Shown: positions 20,626 to 36,241 of the stretch, in pieces
Layout: every line of letters begins with the position of its first letter
Numbering within the stretch: position 1 is the stretch's first letter
From: the human T2T-CHM13v2.0 reference genome, Homo sapiens
Length of the DNA stretch: 64,000 nucleotides
NCBI RefSeq assembly: GCF_009914755.1
Contig: NC_060925.1
Reading direction: 5' to 3' (one strand)
Translations under genes and position numbers: made by a program
The notes under the pieces: model-generated
Told to the model about the DNA's origin: nothing
The model's input: the letters and a program-made list of their open reading frames with translations, nothing else
Databases searched by the model: none

Positions 20626-20807
20626 GGATATGGGATGTTTATAATGAATTTTTTTTGGAGGCGGGTACACCTACAAGTTTCCCTTTTTACTTTGCCTTAC
20701 GAAGAATACTGTCTGATAGAATGAAAAATGATTTTTACATTTCAGAAAACCCATAACAGACTTTGCCTTTGCCCTGAGGCAAGGGTTTATGTACCCCCTA
20801 GGAATTA

Positions 20808-21675
<868 letters not shown>

Positions 21676-21687
21676 CTAGACTGGTCA

Positions 21688-22007
21688 TTTTTATTTTTTA
21701 TTTTATTTATTTATTTATTTTTTTTTTTTGAGACAGAGTCTCGCTCTGTCGCCCAGGCTGGAGTGCATGGCACGATCTCAGCACACTGCAACCTCTGTGT
21801 CCCGGGTTCAAGTGATTCTCCTGCCTCAGCCTTTTGAGTAGCTGGGACTACAGGCACCCACCACCACACCTGGCTAATTTTTTTATTTTTAGTAGAGATG
21901 GGGTTTCACCATATTGGCCAGGCTGGTCTCAAACTCCTGACCGTGTGATCCACCTGCCTCAGCCTCCCAAAGTGCTGGGATTACAGGTGTGTGCCACCAC
22001 GCCTGGC
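21688..22007 (-). mobile_element. Alu (S-like)
   Basis: Antisense dimeric Alu. Confidence 0.92.
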
Positions 22008-22048
22008 CCTAGACTGATCATTTTTAAGAAAAGAAAGAGGCTAGCGCT

Positions 22049-22336
22049 AGCTGGGTGCAGTGGCTCATGCCTGTAATCCCAGCACTTTAGGAGGCTGAGG
22101 CAGGTGGATCACTTGAGCCCAGGAGTTCAAGACCAACCTGGATAACATGGTGAAACCCTGTCTCTACTAAAACTATTAAAAATTAGCCGGGATGGTGGTA
22201 CGTGCCTGTAGCTCCAGCTGCTTGGGAGGCTAAGATGGGAGGTGAAGGTTGCAGTAAGCTGAGATCGCACCACTGCACTCCAGCCTGGGTGACAGAAGGA
22301 GACCCTGTCTCAAAAAAAGAAAAAAAAAAAAAAAAA
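22049..22336 (+). mobile_element. Alu (J-like), ends ~165 nt upstream of exon 2
   Basis: Sense Alu with long A tail. Confidence 0.9.
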
Positions 22337-22500
22337 GGCTAATGAAAGAACAAAATAATAAAGACCCAAATTTCTACTCTTCCTTCCACAATGTAACTTT
22401 TCCTGGCTTCTTGTACTCTTGATTAAAATTCAGAAAAAGTTATGTCATGTTGAGTATCATCACTTTGACCTTGTTTTTAATGTTTAATTCTGTTTTCCAG

Positions 22501-22610
22501 GCTGGCAGTGATGGTGAAAGCATAGGAAACTGCCCCTTTTCCCAGAGGCTCTTCATGATTCTTTGGCTCAAAGGAGTTGTATTTAGTGTGACGACTGTTG
22601 ACCTGAAAAG
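22501..22610 (+). CDS. CLIC4: CLIC4 coding exon 2 ([37 protein letters not shown]), contains the CPFS active-site motif
   Basis: tgttttccag acceptor, aag|gtaaga donor, 110 nt; manual translation matches CLIC4 residues 25-61; missed by the ORF track. Confidence 0.98.
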
Positions 22611-23384
22611 GTAAGACATGGTCGCAGTTTGCAATCAACTTAAGCTGAACTATCTTTTCAGTTTGATCCTATTTTCACCTTGATGGCACATATTCTCTAA
22701 AGGAAATATATTGTATTAAAGTTCTGCTGGTTTATGGACAAACAACTTGTATATAACTATTTTGGACAAGTCACGCTGTCAGTATACTGCGTGGCTACTC
22801 AGTCTTTTTTAGGAACTTTTGTATGTTTACCTTAAATTTCATGAGTAGCACTAGGAGCTAAGTGTTAGTGTGGATGCAGTGAAATCCTTGACTTCTTTTT
22901 TCCAGTGTAAACATGGAGTCATGAAGAGCTTTCTAAGCAGACATCATCTTGGCCCCAAATGTGTTAAGCATGTGATCTTTATAATCTGGATCTTCAAAGA
23001 CAAGGATTTTTAGGAGGTTGAATACCGTTGTTGTCAATTTCATTTAATTTATTTTTCAGAGAATAACAGTAATTTTCTATAGCATTTTAGCTATAATGCA
23101 AGTATTTTAATCATATTTGTTTAAATGTATTGTAAAATAAGAGCAATTATCTGTGGCCCGGTGTCTGTTCTTGCTAAGTGAAGAGTTGTTTGTAGGTTTC
23201 TCTCCTGGATGACTTTATGGCTTATTTTCCATAGTGGAGAGGGCTGAGAAGAGCCGTGATGAGTAGAAAGCTCTGTTTTATTCAGGAATGTCTATTCACC
23301 TTTAGCAAACAGGTCTGAGGTGAAGAACATTCATACATCCCCTTCCCCAAAAGATTTAAATCAAGGGTTAAGAATAGTTGTATT

Positions 23385-25549
23385 GCTCTCCCTCTCCCTC
23401 TCCCCACGGTGTCCCTCTCTTTCCACGGTCTCCCTCTCTTTCCACGGTCTCCCTCTCATGCGGAGCCGAAGCTGGACTGTACTGCCGCCATCTCGGCTCA
23501 CTGCAACCTCCCTGCCTGATTCTCCTGCCTCAGCCTGCCGAGTGCCTGCGATTGCAGGCACGCGCCGCCACGCCTGACTGGTTTTGGTGGAGACGGGGTT
23601 TCGCTGTGTTGGCCGGGCAGGTCTCCAGCCCCTAACCGCGAGTGATCCGCCAGCCTCGGCCTCCCGAGGTGCCGGGATTGCAGACGGAGTCTGGTTCACT
23701 CAGTGCTCAATGGTGCCCAGGCTGGAGTGCAGTGGCGTGATCTCGGCTCGCTGCAACCTCCACCTCCCAGCCGTCTGCCTTGGCCTCCCAAAGTGCCGAG
23801 ATTGCAGCCTCTGCCCGGCCGCCACCCCATCTGGGAAGTGAGGAGTGTCTCTGCCTGGCCGCCCATCGTCTGGGATGTGAGGAGCCCCTCTGCCTGGCTG
23901 CCTAGTCTGGAAAGTGAGGAGCGTCTCCGCCCGGCCGCCATCCCATCTAGGAAGTGAGGAGCGGCGCCTCTTCCCGGCCGCCATCACATCTAGGAAGTGA
24001 GGAGCGTCTCTGCCCGGCCGCCCATCGTCTGAGATGTGGGGAGCGCCTCTGCCCCGCCTCCCCATCTGGGATGTGAGGAGCGCCTCTGCCCGGCCGCAAC
24101 CCCGTCTGGGAGGTGAGGAGCGTCTCTGTCCGGCCGCCCCGTCTGAGAAGTGAGGAGACCCTCTGGCTGGCAACCACCCCGTCTGAGAAGTGAGGAAGCC
24201 CCTCCGCCCGGCAGCTGCCCCGTCTGAGAAGTGAGGAGCCTCTCCACCCGGCAGCCACCCCATCTGGGAAGTGAGGAGCGTCTCCGCCCGGCAGCCCCCC
24301 CATCTGGGAAGTGAGGAGCGTCTCCGCCCGGCCAGCCGCCCCGTTGGGGAGGGAGGTGGGGGGGTCAGCCCCCCGCCCGGCCAGCCGCCCCGTCGGGGAG
24401 GGAGGTGGGGGGGGTCAGCCCCCCCGCCCGGCCAGCCGCCCCGTCCGGGAGGGAGGTGGGGGGGTCAGCCCCCCGCCCGGCCAGCCGCCCCGTCCGGGAG
24501 GGAGGTGGGGGGGTCAGCCCCCTGCCCGGCCAGCTGCCCCGTCTGGGAGGTGAGGGGCGCCTCTGCCCGGCCGCCCCTACTGGGAAGTGAGGAGCCCCTC
24601 TGCCCGGCCAGCCGCCCCGTCCGGGAGGGAGGTGGGGGGGGTCAGCCCCCCGCCCGGCCAGCCACCCCGTCCGGGGGGGGGGGGGTCAGCCCCCCCACCT
24701 GGCCAGCCGCCCCGTCTGGGAGGTGAGGGGCGCCTCTGCCCGGCCGCCCCTACTGGGAAGTGAGGAGCCCCTCTGCCCGGCCAGCCGCCCCGTCCGGGAG
24801 GGAGGTGGGGGGGTCAGCCCCCCACCCGGCCAGCCGCCCCGTCCGGGAGGGAGGTGGGGGGGTCAGCCCCCAGCCTGGCCAGCTGCCCCGTCTGGGAGGG
24901 AGGTGGAGGGGTCAGCCCCCTGCCCGGCCAGCCGCCCCGTCCGGGAGGTGAGGGGCGCCTCTGCCCGGCCGCCCCTACTGGGAAGTGAGGAGCCCCTCTG
25001 CCTGGCCACCACCCCGTCTGGGAGGTGTGCCCAACAGTTCATTGAGAATGGGCCAGGATGACAATGGCGGCTTTGTGGAATAGAAAGGCGGGAAAGGTGG
25101 GGAGAAGATTGAGAAATCGGATGGTTGCCGTGTCTGTGTAGAAAGAAGTAGACATGGGAGACTTTTCATTTTGTTCTGCACTAAGAAAAATTCTTCTGCC
25201 TTGGGATCTTGTTGGTCTGTGACCTTACCCCCAACCCTGTGCTCTCTGAAACGTGTGCTGTGTCCACTCAGGGTTAAATGGATTAAGGGTGGTGCAAGAT
25301 GTGCTTTGCTAAACAGATGCTTGAAGGCAGCATGCTCGTTAAGAGTCATCACCACTCCCTAATCTCAAGTAATCAGGGACACAAACACTGCGGAAGGCCG
25401 CAGGGTCCTCTGCCTAGGAAAACCAGAGACCTTTGTTCACTTGTTTATCTGCTGACCTTCCCTCCGCTATTGTCCCATGACCCTGCCAAATCCCCCTCTG
25501 TGAGAAACACCCAAGAATTATCAATAAAAAAATAAATTAAAAAAAAAAA
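23385..25549 (+). mobile_element. Full-length SVA retrotransposon, SVA_F-like, sense to CLIC4 in intron 2
   Basis: CCCTCT hexamers, antisense Alu-like domain, GC-rich VNTR (~23810-25025), SINE-R, AATAAA and polyA; perfect 15-bp TSD aagaatagttgtatt (23370-23384, 25550-25564) at a TT/AAGA L1 endonuclease site; F-type gactggttttggtgg and gaattatcaataaaaaaataaatt. Confidence 0.96.
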
Positions 25550-25647
25550 AAGAATAGTTGTATTAATGGGAAAATCTAGGGTTTGGCAGTGGATTCCTCT
25601 TGATGCAAGTGTCACAACATGATTTGCTATTATACTGATTTTTAAAA

Positions 25648-26027
25648 CTATTAGTCTGTTCTCACATTGCTATAAAGAACTACCTGAGACTGGGTAATTC
25701 ATAAAGAAAAGAGGTTTAATTGACTGGCAGTTCTGCAGGTTGTACAGGAAACTTGTCTGGGGAGGCCTCAGGAGACTTACAAGTATGATAGAAGTCAAAG
25801 GGGAAGCAGACATGTCTTTCATGGCCGGAGAAGGAAGAAGAGAGAAGGGGGAGGTGTTACATATTTTTAAACAACCAGATCTTGTGAGAACTCACTCTCT
25901 GTCACAGGAACAGCAAGGGAAGTCTGCCCTTGTGATCCAGTCACCTCCCACAAGGCCCCTCTTCCACCATTGAAAATTACAATTTGATATGAGATTTGGG
26001 CAAGGACAGAAATTTAAACCATATTAT
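25648..26027 (-). mobile_element. MSTA-like MaLR solo LTR
   Basis: ttgctataaagaactacctgagactgggtaatt...gatatgagatttggg...aaaccatatta. Confidence 0.85.
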
Positions 26028-27164
26028 ATATCAAGTCATGAACAGTGTCCAGGAAAAGATATTGACAGCCTATCACTTGATAAAGTGGCAGAATTCATCT
26101 ATGTTATCCCTCTGAGCATCACATGCTGATAGTTACCTGAGAGCTATAATTCCATTCCAAGTTCTAGGTTAGTGTACTCAGATTTCTGTCATTCCCTTAA
26201 AATACATTTTTACTTACTGCTAGTGCATATATTTGAAATTTTACAGACTTTAAAATTTATTGAACATAAGCCATAAAGTCATCAAGGAACCCCTTTAGTT
26301 ATGTATATAAATGTAGAAATAAGCCTTTGGGAATAGTGAGTTAAAACTACAAGCTCTTGGGAAGACATTACCTTATTCATGTTGGACAGAGATGTAAGAA
26401 TGAAATAAGTCATGTAGTTACCCTTCTATTACTGTTTTTTTTTTATACATGTGTACACAAAGCAAGTTTCCCAATATAACTCCTAAAAATAGAGTGTGCC
26501 ACCAGGCACACACCCTTACTGTGTCCTAAAATACATGAATTTCTCCTATTCCATTTTTGGCTTGGAGCAAGTGAGTTGACTGCCATTCTTTGAAAAAGCT
26601 GTCATTGAATAGTTTAATACAGTGCTTTAATTGTGATACATACCAGTAATAGTGCCATAAACATGGGAATCTGGGTCAGAAAAGGAAGTAAACCCATTAT
26701 AGCTATTTCAGAGTTGTCTGTTTCTTTTCATTTGCAGATTTTTTAAAGGCATTATTCCTATAGGTTGATTGATATTTGCAGATTTGTATATATATGTTAA
26801 AGTGTGTATGTGGAAATATGTGTAAGTGTATATGTTAAGTGTTTATATATATAAAAAGTGGCGCATGGGAGGTAGGCATTCAGGGCCTTATAATTAGAAA
26901 ATATCAAAGAAGATATATGTTTATTACCTAGGGCTTTATGTAAAATCAATGGTAGAGAGCACTTAAAATTGAAGCTTATATTTTTTGGTCTTTAACAATC
27001 ATAGGTCTCCAGTAAATATAAAAAATGCTTCTTAGGGCAACTAAAACTAAGCAAGTAGTACGTGATAATGAGTCTGTACCATCCCTACCCCCTAGTCATC
27101 AACTTCCCCTTCAGAGAGATAATTTATTTTAGGTTTGGTCTTTATTCTTCCAAATCTTTTCCTT

Positions 27165-27472
27165 TTTTCTTTTTCTTTTTTTTTTTTTTTTGAGACACGG
27201 TCTGCCTCTGTCACCGAGGCTGGAGTGCAGTGGCACGATCACAGCTTACTCTGTAGCCTTGAGCTCCTGGGCTCAAGTAATCCTCCAGCCTCAGCCTCCC
27301 AAGTAGCTAGGACTACAGGCATTTACTGCCATACCTGGCTAATTTTTTATTTTTAAGAGACAGGGTCTCCCTGTGTTGCCCAGGCTGGTCTTGAACTCCT
27401 GGGCTCAAGCAGTCCTCTGGCCTTGGTCTCCCAAAGTGCTGGGATTACAGACTTTAGCCACTGTGCCTGGCC
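27165..27472 (-). mobile_element. Alu (J-like)
   Basis: Antisense Alu. Confidence 0.9.
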
Positions 27473-28810
27473 TCGTCCAAATCTTTTCTATGAGTTTACA
27501 CACTTGCAGTCTTGAACAAAATTTTAAAGAGAAAGTACCTCAAGAAAGTGAGCATTGGTTCAAAAAACAAAAACAAACAACCCACCAGTATATATGAAAG
27601 TTATCACAGAGGAATAAAACATCCCTGTAGTACTTTTCATAATATATTCTTAATCTTAAAACATTAAATGTGACTCTTTTTAGAAATCTTGGGGGAGAAA
27701 ATATGCCTACAGTGCTTATTTTCCTGCTTTTCCTGGTAATTGCCTAATATCTTGGTGAGAAGTACTGACTCCAGAACAAACCAGTGGAGAACAATAGAAC
27801 TCCTCTGAGAGTTACTTAGCAGCTCACTCTGTGATTTGAAAAAAATGATTGTTACATGACATTTCATCCATAAGAACAAGCCCATTTCTAGTTCTGGCAC
27901 TGTATGACATGTTCTCTTTGAATCTCAGTTGGCATTAATGACTATGCTGGTAGTATTCATGTGTCCCTTGTGAGGCTGTGAACAATCTCCCATTACTTGC
28001 CTGCCAGAGCAGCCTTCGTGCTTTGGTGGGAGTCATTTCCAAATCTAATTTTCTGCTCATATTGCAATTTAAAGAACGTTTAGATAGAAAAAAAAGGGCC
28101 CAGGCTTCACAAAGAATTTCAATTTACATCAACGATTTGAACAAAAGCTTCAGATAATATAAGTGAAAATACTAAAATTGGGGCAGAGTTAAAGATGTTC
28201 TGGCATGTCATCAGTTGGGAAACAACCATGGCATAGTATAGAAAATTTCAGGAGTGAGACCTAGCTGTGTATGGAGAGAGCTCTATCACTGATTTCACTG
28301 GGACCTGGGGCGAGCTGCCTCATCTTCCTTGGAGTTAGTTACCTTATATTTAAAATCAGGAGAAAAGGGAAAAAAACTTCACTTTTGTAATAGTTTAAAA
28401 TGTTACAATGGAACTATGAAACTGATAGTTCTGCATATCTTAAAAGGCAGTTAGAAACTCAGAAAAAAATCTGATTCCCAAATAGACTCTTCAGATAGTT
28501 TTATCTTCATGATCATGTCTCTGTGGTTCCACCTTTCTGAAAACAGTCTTCAGTAACTTAAGAAATCATTTCAACTTCCATGATCTTCAGTAGCAGCAGC
28601 ATGAATGACACATGCCAAGAGACTAAATGGAATGAGATAAGCCTGTCTTTCAGAGACATCATCTATTTCCTGCTGCTGTCCAGACAGGAAAGTCAGACTC
28701 CATTTTTCCCCTTTGTAAAGTTGACTTGAGCTACATGAAGCACTTGTTAGAACAGTCCAATTCAAGATAATTGTGCTTTATGACTGCATTCAGAATCACA
28801 TGTGTACCCA

Positions 28811-29099
28811 CTGTGTGTGTGGGGGGTGTGTGTATGTGTGTGCATGTGTGTGGGTGGGTGGGTGGAGGGGGTGTGTGTGGGTAGGTGGGTGGTGGGGGTG
28901 TGTGTGTATGTGTGGGTGGGTGGGTGGTGGGGTGTGTGTAGGTGGGTTGGAGTGTGTGGGTTGAGGGTGTGTGTGTATGTGGGTGGGTGGGGGGATGTGT
29001 GTATGTGGGTGGGTGGGGGGATGTGTGTACGTGGGTGGGTGGGGATGTGTGTGTGTGTGTGATTGAGAGGGGAGGGAGATATAGACACACAGAGAGGGA
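28811..29099. repeat. G-rich (GT/GGGT)n compound simple repeat
   Basis: ~250 bp of tgtg/gggt/ggggg runs; source of the HT/PT-rich spurious ORFs. Confidence 0.9.
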
Positions 29100-29282
29100 G
29101 TATTTTGTTGCTATGTCTTTATGTTCTTTTTTAAGACGATTTCAAAGATGATACATCCTGTTGAGGCTGCTAAGAGCTGAATTAATAGAATTATTAGTGA
29201 ATGTTTTTCTAAACCTGTTATCAGTATACACTTTACTCCTAAACTGTTATCAAGATGGTAAAAATTATAGACTCTATATTTG

Positions 29283-29582
29283 GGCCAGGCAAAGTGGCTC
29301 ACTCTTGTAATCCCAGCGCTTTGAGAGGCCGGGGCAGGTGATCACTTGAGGTCAGGAGTTCAAGACCACCCTGGCCAACATGGTGAAATCCTGTCTCTAC
29401 TAAAAATACAAAAATTAGTCGGGCATGGTGGTGAGTGCCTTAGTCCCAGCTACTCAGGAGGCTGAGGCAGGAGAATTGCTTGAATCCGGGAGGTGGAGGC
29501 AAATCACGCCACTGCACTCTAGCCTGGGCAACAGAGTGAGACTCCATGTCAAAAAAAAAAAAAAAAAAAACAAAAACAAAGA
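29283..29582 (+). mobile_element. Alu (Sx-like)
   Basis: Dimeric Alu. Confidence 0.92.
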
Positions 29583-31478
29583 CAAACGAATTATGGAATC
29601 CATATTTGAAATCTTTTCATGGGTACTATTTTTTTTGAAGTATTCCTCCACAGATTGACAATAAAATTGACATTAAAAGTAGACAGATTAACAATATTTA
29701 ATCCAAATCAGTAAAATTCTTTAACTGGTTGAACTGGGACAAAGACAAATTCTTAGTGACAAGGGGTCTTGGTGTGTGTGTTTTGTTGAGTCCATGATTA
29801 ATTTGTTCAATTAGTGACTTGACTATCAGTCAAACCAGAATATAGCAAATCTAGTAAAGAATAATTAATAGTAGTAAAGCGTTCTGAAACAAATAATTCT
29901 GGTTCTCTGGTGTTAACTTTTGTGAGGTTTTTTGTTGTTGTTGTTATATGTTTATATAGTGTCCAGTAGTGTCTTTGATATGTGTGAATTAATTTTATGC
30001 CCTGAAAATCAGCACCTTCAAAAAGGAACTCGATTTTTTTTTGTTATTGTTCTCTTTCTGGAGAAAAAAGGAGCTCCATTTAAAAGATAAGGCCTACATA
30101 CCTAGTACTTTTTTCTTCGTTGGGCAAGTCAACTTGTTACAGATGGGTCATCTTCAAGAGCCAGCTCCGGTGTCCTCTAGCTATGCTGCACTCATTTCAT
30201 ACCAAGCAGCTGGAACTGAGTCACCAGCCCAGCTTCCTCCAATTGTTGCAATTGTACTGAACTACATTTTAATAGAAATTAAGCCACTCAAGTCTCTTAA
30301 AATATTAGCTCCTATAGGATTCCTCCTTTTCATTCGTTTCTTTTCCTTTTGGTTTTTGTTTTTATTTCCTTTTCTTCATCTAGAAAAAAAATGGGAAACA
30401 ACAGAATAATTTATTTCATCTGAAAGACTACCATGATACATGAGGGTAAAAATAATACACCCCAAAACACTGGAGAATATTTGCACCCTGTTGCAAGGCA
30501 TGAGTTCTGTGCACTTTGCTCTTGATGTCACGTAAGGGAAATATTTGAATGAGTTTTAATCAAGTGTTGAGTATTTACTGAAGGCCTTTTTGGAAGTAAA
30601 CCAAAGATGTCTTGAAATTTTTTGCCATTGCCTATTGGCTCAGTTTCATTTATCTCAAACTGCAATTCTTACAGTGTTACATTTCTGTGAAACATCTGTA
30701 AAATGAGCCTTTGTGGGTCAAACAGAACACCTGAGGCCTGAGAGGGCAGGTGAGAACTGCAAGTTGAAGAATCTTAGATTCTGTTTTGTTGATACATAGC
30801 TTGTGAGTGAATCAGATTACTGTTTAGAACTTGTCCATTTATTTGAAGTCTACTAATACGTTTGAAGGCACTAAAGTTTCTTCTCAGATTCTTCATTTGG
30901 AATCAGGACCTGCCATGGTTGTCTGTCATCTCAACAGTTAATCCTTGGAAACAGTTTTATCGCTTTATTTATTTAAAAAAATATATATATAGCCTTTCAA
31001 CCAAAACAAGATAGACTATTCACTAATCACAAATATTAATGGAAAATTGGTAATCATATGTCCTTTAAACTTTCCTTGGTTGTATATATGACTCTAAATT
31101 AATCAGATTTTGTTTATTACCAATCAGTTAATGCTAGGTAACCATTTATGAACCATCAGCTCTATTAAAGTTAAAACTGCCAATCTGATTTCCTGCATAA
31201 TGCTTTGTTAATATGATACTAAAAGTGGTAATGGCTTTCATTTGCATACTTTTAGTTCACTTTCACGTGCCTTATTTGATTTAATCTTTACAGACAAAGC
31301 AGATCTTATAAAGAGGAAATCCAGACCCAAAGAGGTTGTAATTTACTTAGTCATGTAGCTGGTAAATGGTAGAGCTTTTCCATTTGGGACTTCAAGCCAG
31401 TCCCTTTTCTTCAGCCTTGGTTCTTTTTTCTCTGATACGCTAGTTTTCTCCCTCTCCCAATAAATATTTTTATTTGGG

Positions 31479-31605
31479 AGCCGGGTGCAGTGGCGTGCTC
31501 TCTAGTCCCAGCTACTTGCAGCTGAGGATCATTTGAGACCAGGAGTTTGAGGACAGCCTGGGCAACATAGCAAGAGAGAGAGACCCCCATCTCTAAAAAA
31601 AAAGA
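31479..31605 (+). mobile_element. FLAM monomer
   Basis: Short Alu monomer with A tail. Confidence 0.7.
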
Positions 31606-31765
31606 AAATTGAATAAAAATTTAAAAAATTAAGAATCTTTCTGTTTAGAGAGCTTAAAAACTTTCATAATTAATTATAGAAGTAATAGGTGTTATTTATT
31701 TTGTCCCACATGCCCTACCCGACCTACCCCTTTGGGTTTGTTTTTTTTTTTTAAAGCATTGAGAC

Positions 31766-32212
31766 TGTTACAAATAAATTTTTGGTGCTGCAAAAGAAAT
31801 AACACTTGAATATAAAATTTTCTTTTTAATTCTCAGCAAGGCAAGTTACTTCTATAGAAGGGTGCGCTCTTACACATGGAGCAATGGTGAGCACACACTT
31901 GGATAAGGTAGGGGAAGGGGTTTTTATCCCTGACTCACGTGGCCCCTGCTGCTGTGTCTTTCCCCTATTGGCTAGGGTTAGACCGCACAGACTAAAGTAA
32001 TTCTGATTGGCTAATTTAAAGAGAGTCACCGGGTGAGTGGTTTGGCCAGAAAAATGGTTATGACAGAGCAGGTAATTGGAATGAGTCAGGGTGGAGCAGG
32101 TAATCGAAAATGGTCACTTTATGAGGAAGTTAAATTTAAAAGCAGAAGGTGAGGAATTGAACATACTGACATATTGATTATTTGAAAAGAAATTTAGAAC
32201 TCATATCTAACA
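31766..32212 (-). mobile_element. Solo LTR10 (LTR10F/A-like, ERV1 HERV-IP10)
   Basis: TG...CA termini, 4-bp TSD agac, minus strand begins tgttagatatgagttctaaatttc; unit gattacctgctccaccctgactcattcc. Confidence 0.85.
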
Positions 32213-32416
32213 AGACCTTCTTCCCCTTTATCTAATCTACCGTGTTCTTAAAAAAAACTGTTTGTGAAAAACAGACTTATATTATTAACTTACAGTTAGG
32301 CATTTAATTGACTGTTCATTATAAAAATGTTAATGGATATGTTTTATGAATTTGGAGTGAGAAAATTGTTTTCCAGGTAATCACAATTTATATATGACAA
32401 GATTAAAAAACATTCC

Positions 32417-32706
<290 letters not shown>

Positions 32707-32710
32707 CTAC

Positions 32711-33512
<802 letters not shown>

Positions 33513-33944
33513 TTATTTCATTTTGTGAAAAACTTGAGCTTGTCAGACTAAAGAATGTTCAGTGAAAGCATCAGAGTTGAAAATCAAATCAGGTTTTGAC
33601 TTTTAAAAGTCCTCTTTTGGAGGTTAGGTTCTTACAGAAGTTGATAGGAAATATGTCTTATTTTTCTTTGTTTAGGAAGCAAGATAGGCTCTAGAACTTG
33701 GACTTTGAGTTAAAAATTTTAAATTAATGAGATAATTAAATAAATCTTTGTTTCTTTGGTTGGAATGTAGTCATAGAAACCTGAGGCTTTCTAACCTAAA
33801 TTGAAAGATGGAGCCAGAGAGAGAATATGAATAAGACCAAGGGAAATTGATAGATTATAAACTGGTTATAGATTTTTGATTCCCCTCTATCTTGAAAATT
33901 CTGATGACGAAGTATTTCACTTTCATGATATATTTAAAAATACT

Positions 33945-34223
33945 ATTTTTGGAGACAGAGTCTCACTCTGTCGCCCAGGCTGAAGTGCAGTGGTGCAATC
34001 TCAGCTCACTGTAACCTCCGCCTTCCAGCAATTCTGCCTCAGCCTCCCGAGTAGCTGGGACTATAGGCATGCACTACTACACCCAGCTAATTTTTATATT
34101 TTTAGTAGAGATGGGGTTTCATCATGTTGCCCAGGTTGGTCTCAAACTCCTGACCTCAGGTGATCCACCCGCTTCGGCCTCACAAAGTGCTGGGATTACA
34201 AGCATGAGCCACCATGCCCAGCC
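33945..34223 (-). mobile_element. Alu (Sx-like)
   Basis: Antisense Alu. Confidence 0.9.
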
Positions 34224-34927
34224 AATATTCTTTATTTTATTCAAATTCTGTGCATTTATGGTCAGGAAGGAAGGAAGAAGGAAGGCAGGCAGGCTAACTT
34301 AATAACAAGATAAACAGCTCTGGGCTATAATAGGAGGCAGAAACATTCTTTGAAACTATATGTTGTTGTATTACTTTTCTTGAAGTACACATTTTTATGT
34401 TTGCTTTTATAATTATGAAAGTTTTCAAACATGCATAAGAATAGAATAAACTTCTCCGTAAACCCAATTCAGTTATCAAGATCTTGCCACATTTGCTTTG
34501 CCCCTTTTTTCTGATTTTCTTTGCTGAAATGTTTTAAAGTAAATGCTAGACATCATGTCGTTTCATCCCTACTTAATTCAGTGTATGTCTTCAAACAATG
34601 TGGACATTTTCTTCCCTAACCACAATGCTCTGATCTCCTGAAGTTCCTAGTATACAATTTGGGATTTCCCTGGTTATCTCTAAAGTATCTTTTTATTTTT
34701 GGTTGGTTTGTTCAAATCAGTATCCAAGTAATTTCTACTTTTTATGTTTGATTGTTATATCTCTTAAGTTTTTCTTAATCTATAACAGTCCCCCACCTGT
34801 GTCTGGTAAAAATACCATTCAGCTGAAAGGTAGATTGTCCCAAATCCAGAATTTAGCAGTTGCTTCCTTGTGGTAGCATTTAACTTTGTCCTCTCATTTT
34901 CCCCCTCCCTGCATTTCCTGTAAATAA

Positions 34928-35910
<983 letters not shown>

Positions 35911-35924
35911 CCCAGAGGCTGCTT

Positions 35925-36241
<317 letters not shown>

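Noticed and set aside
23320-25535. Long Pro/Gly/Arg-rich ORFs up to 187 aa, and CRISPR-like periodic repeats
   Set aside because: These come from the GC-rich SVA VNTR: tandem units without unique spacers, and no cas genes
28731-29151. His/Thr/Pro-rich and Val/Gly/Cys-rich ORFs
   Set aside because: Translations of a simple repeat
30041-30409. 122-aa ORF in unique sequence (similarly 36569..36928 and 47303..47626)
   Set aside because: No recognisable domain, splice support or coding character; length is compatible with chance
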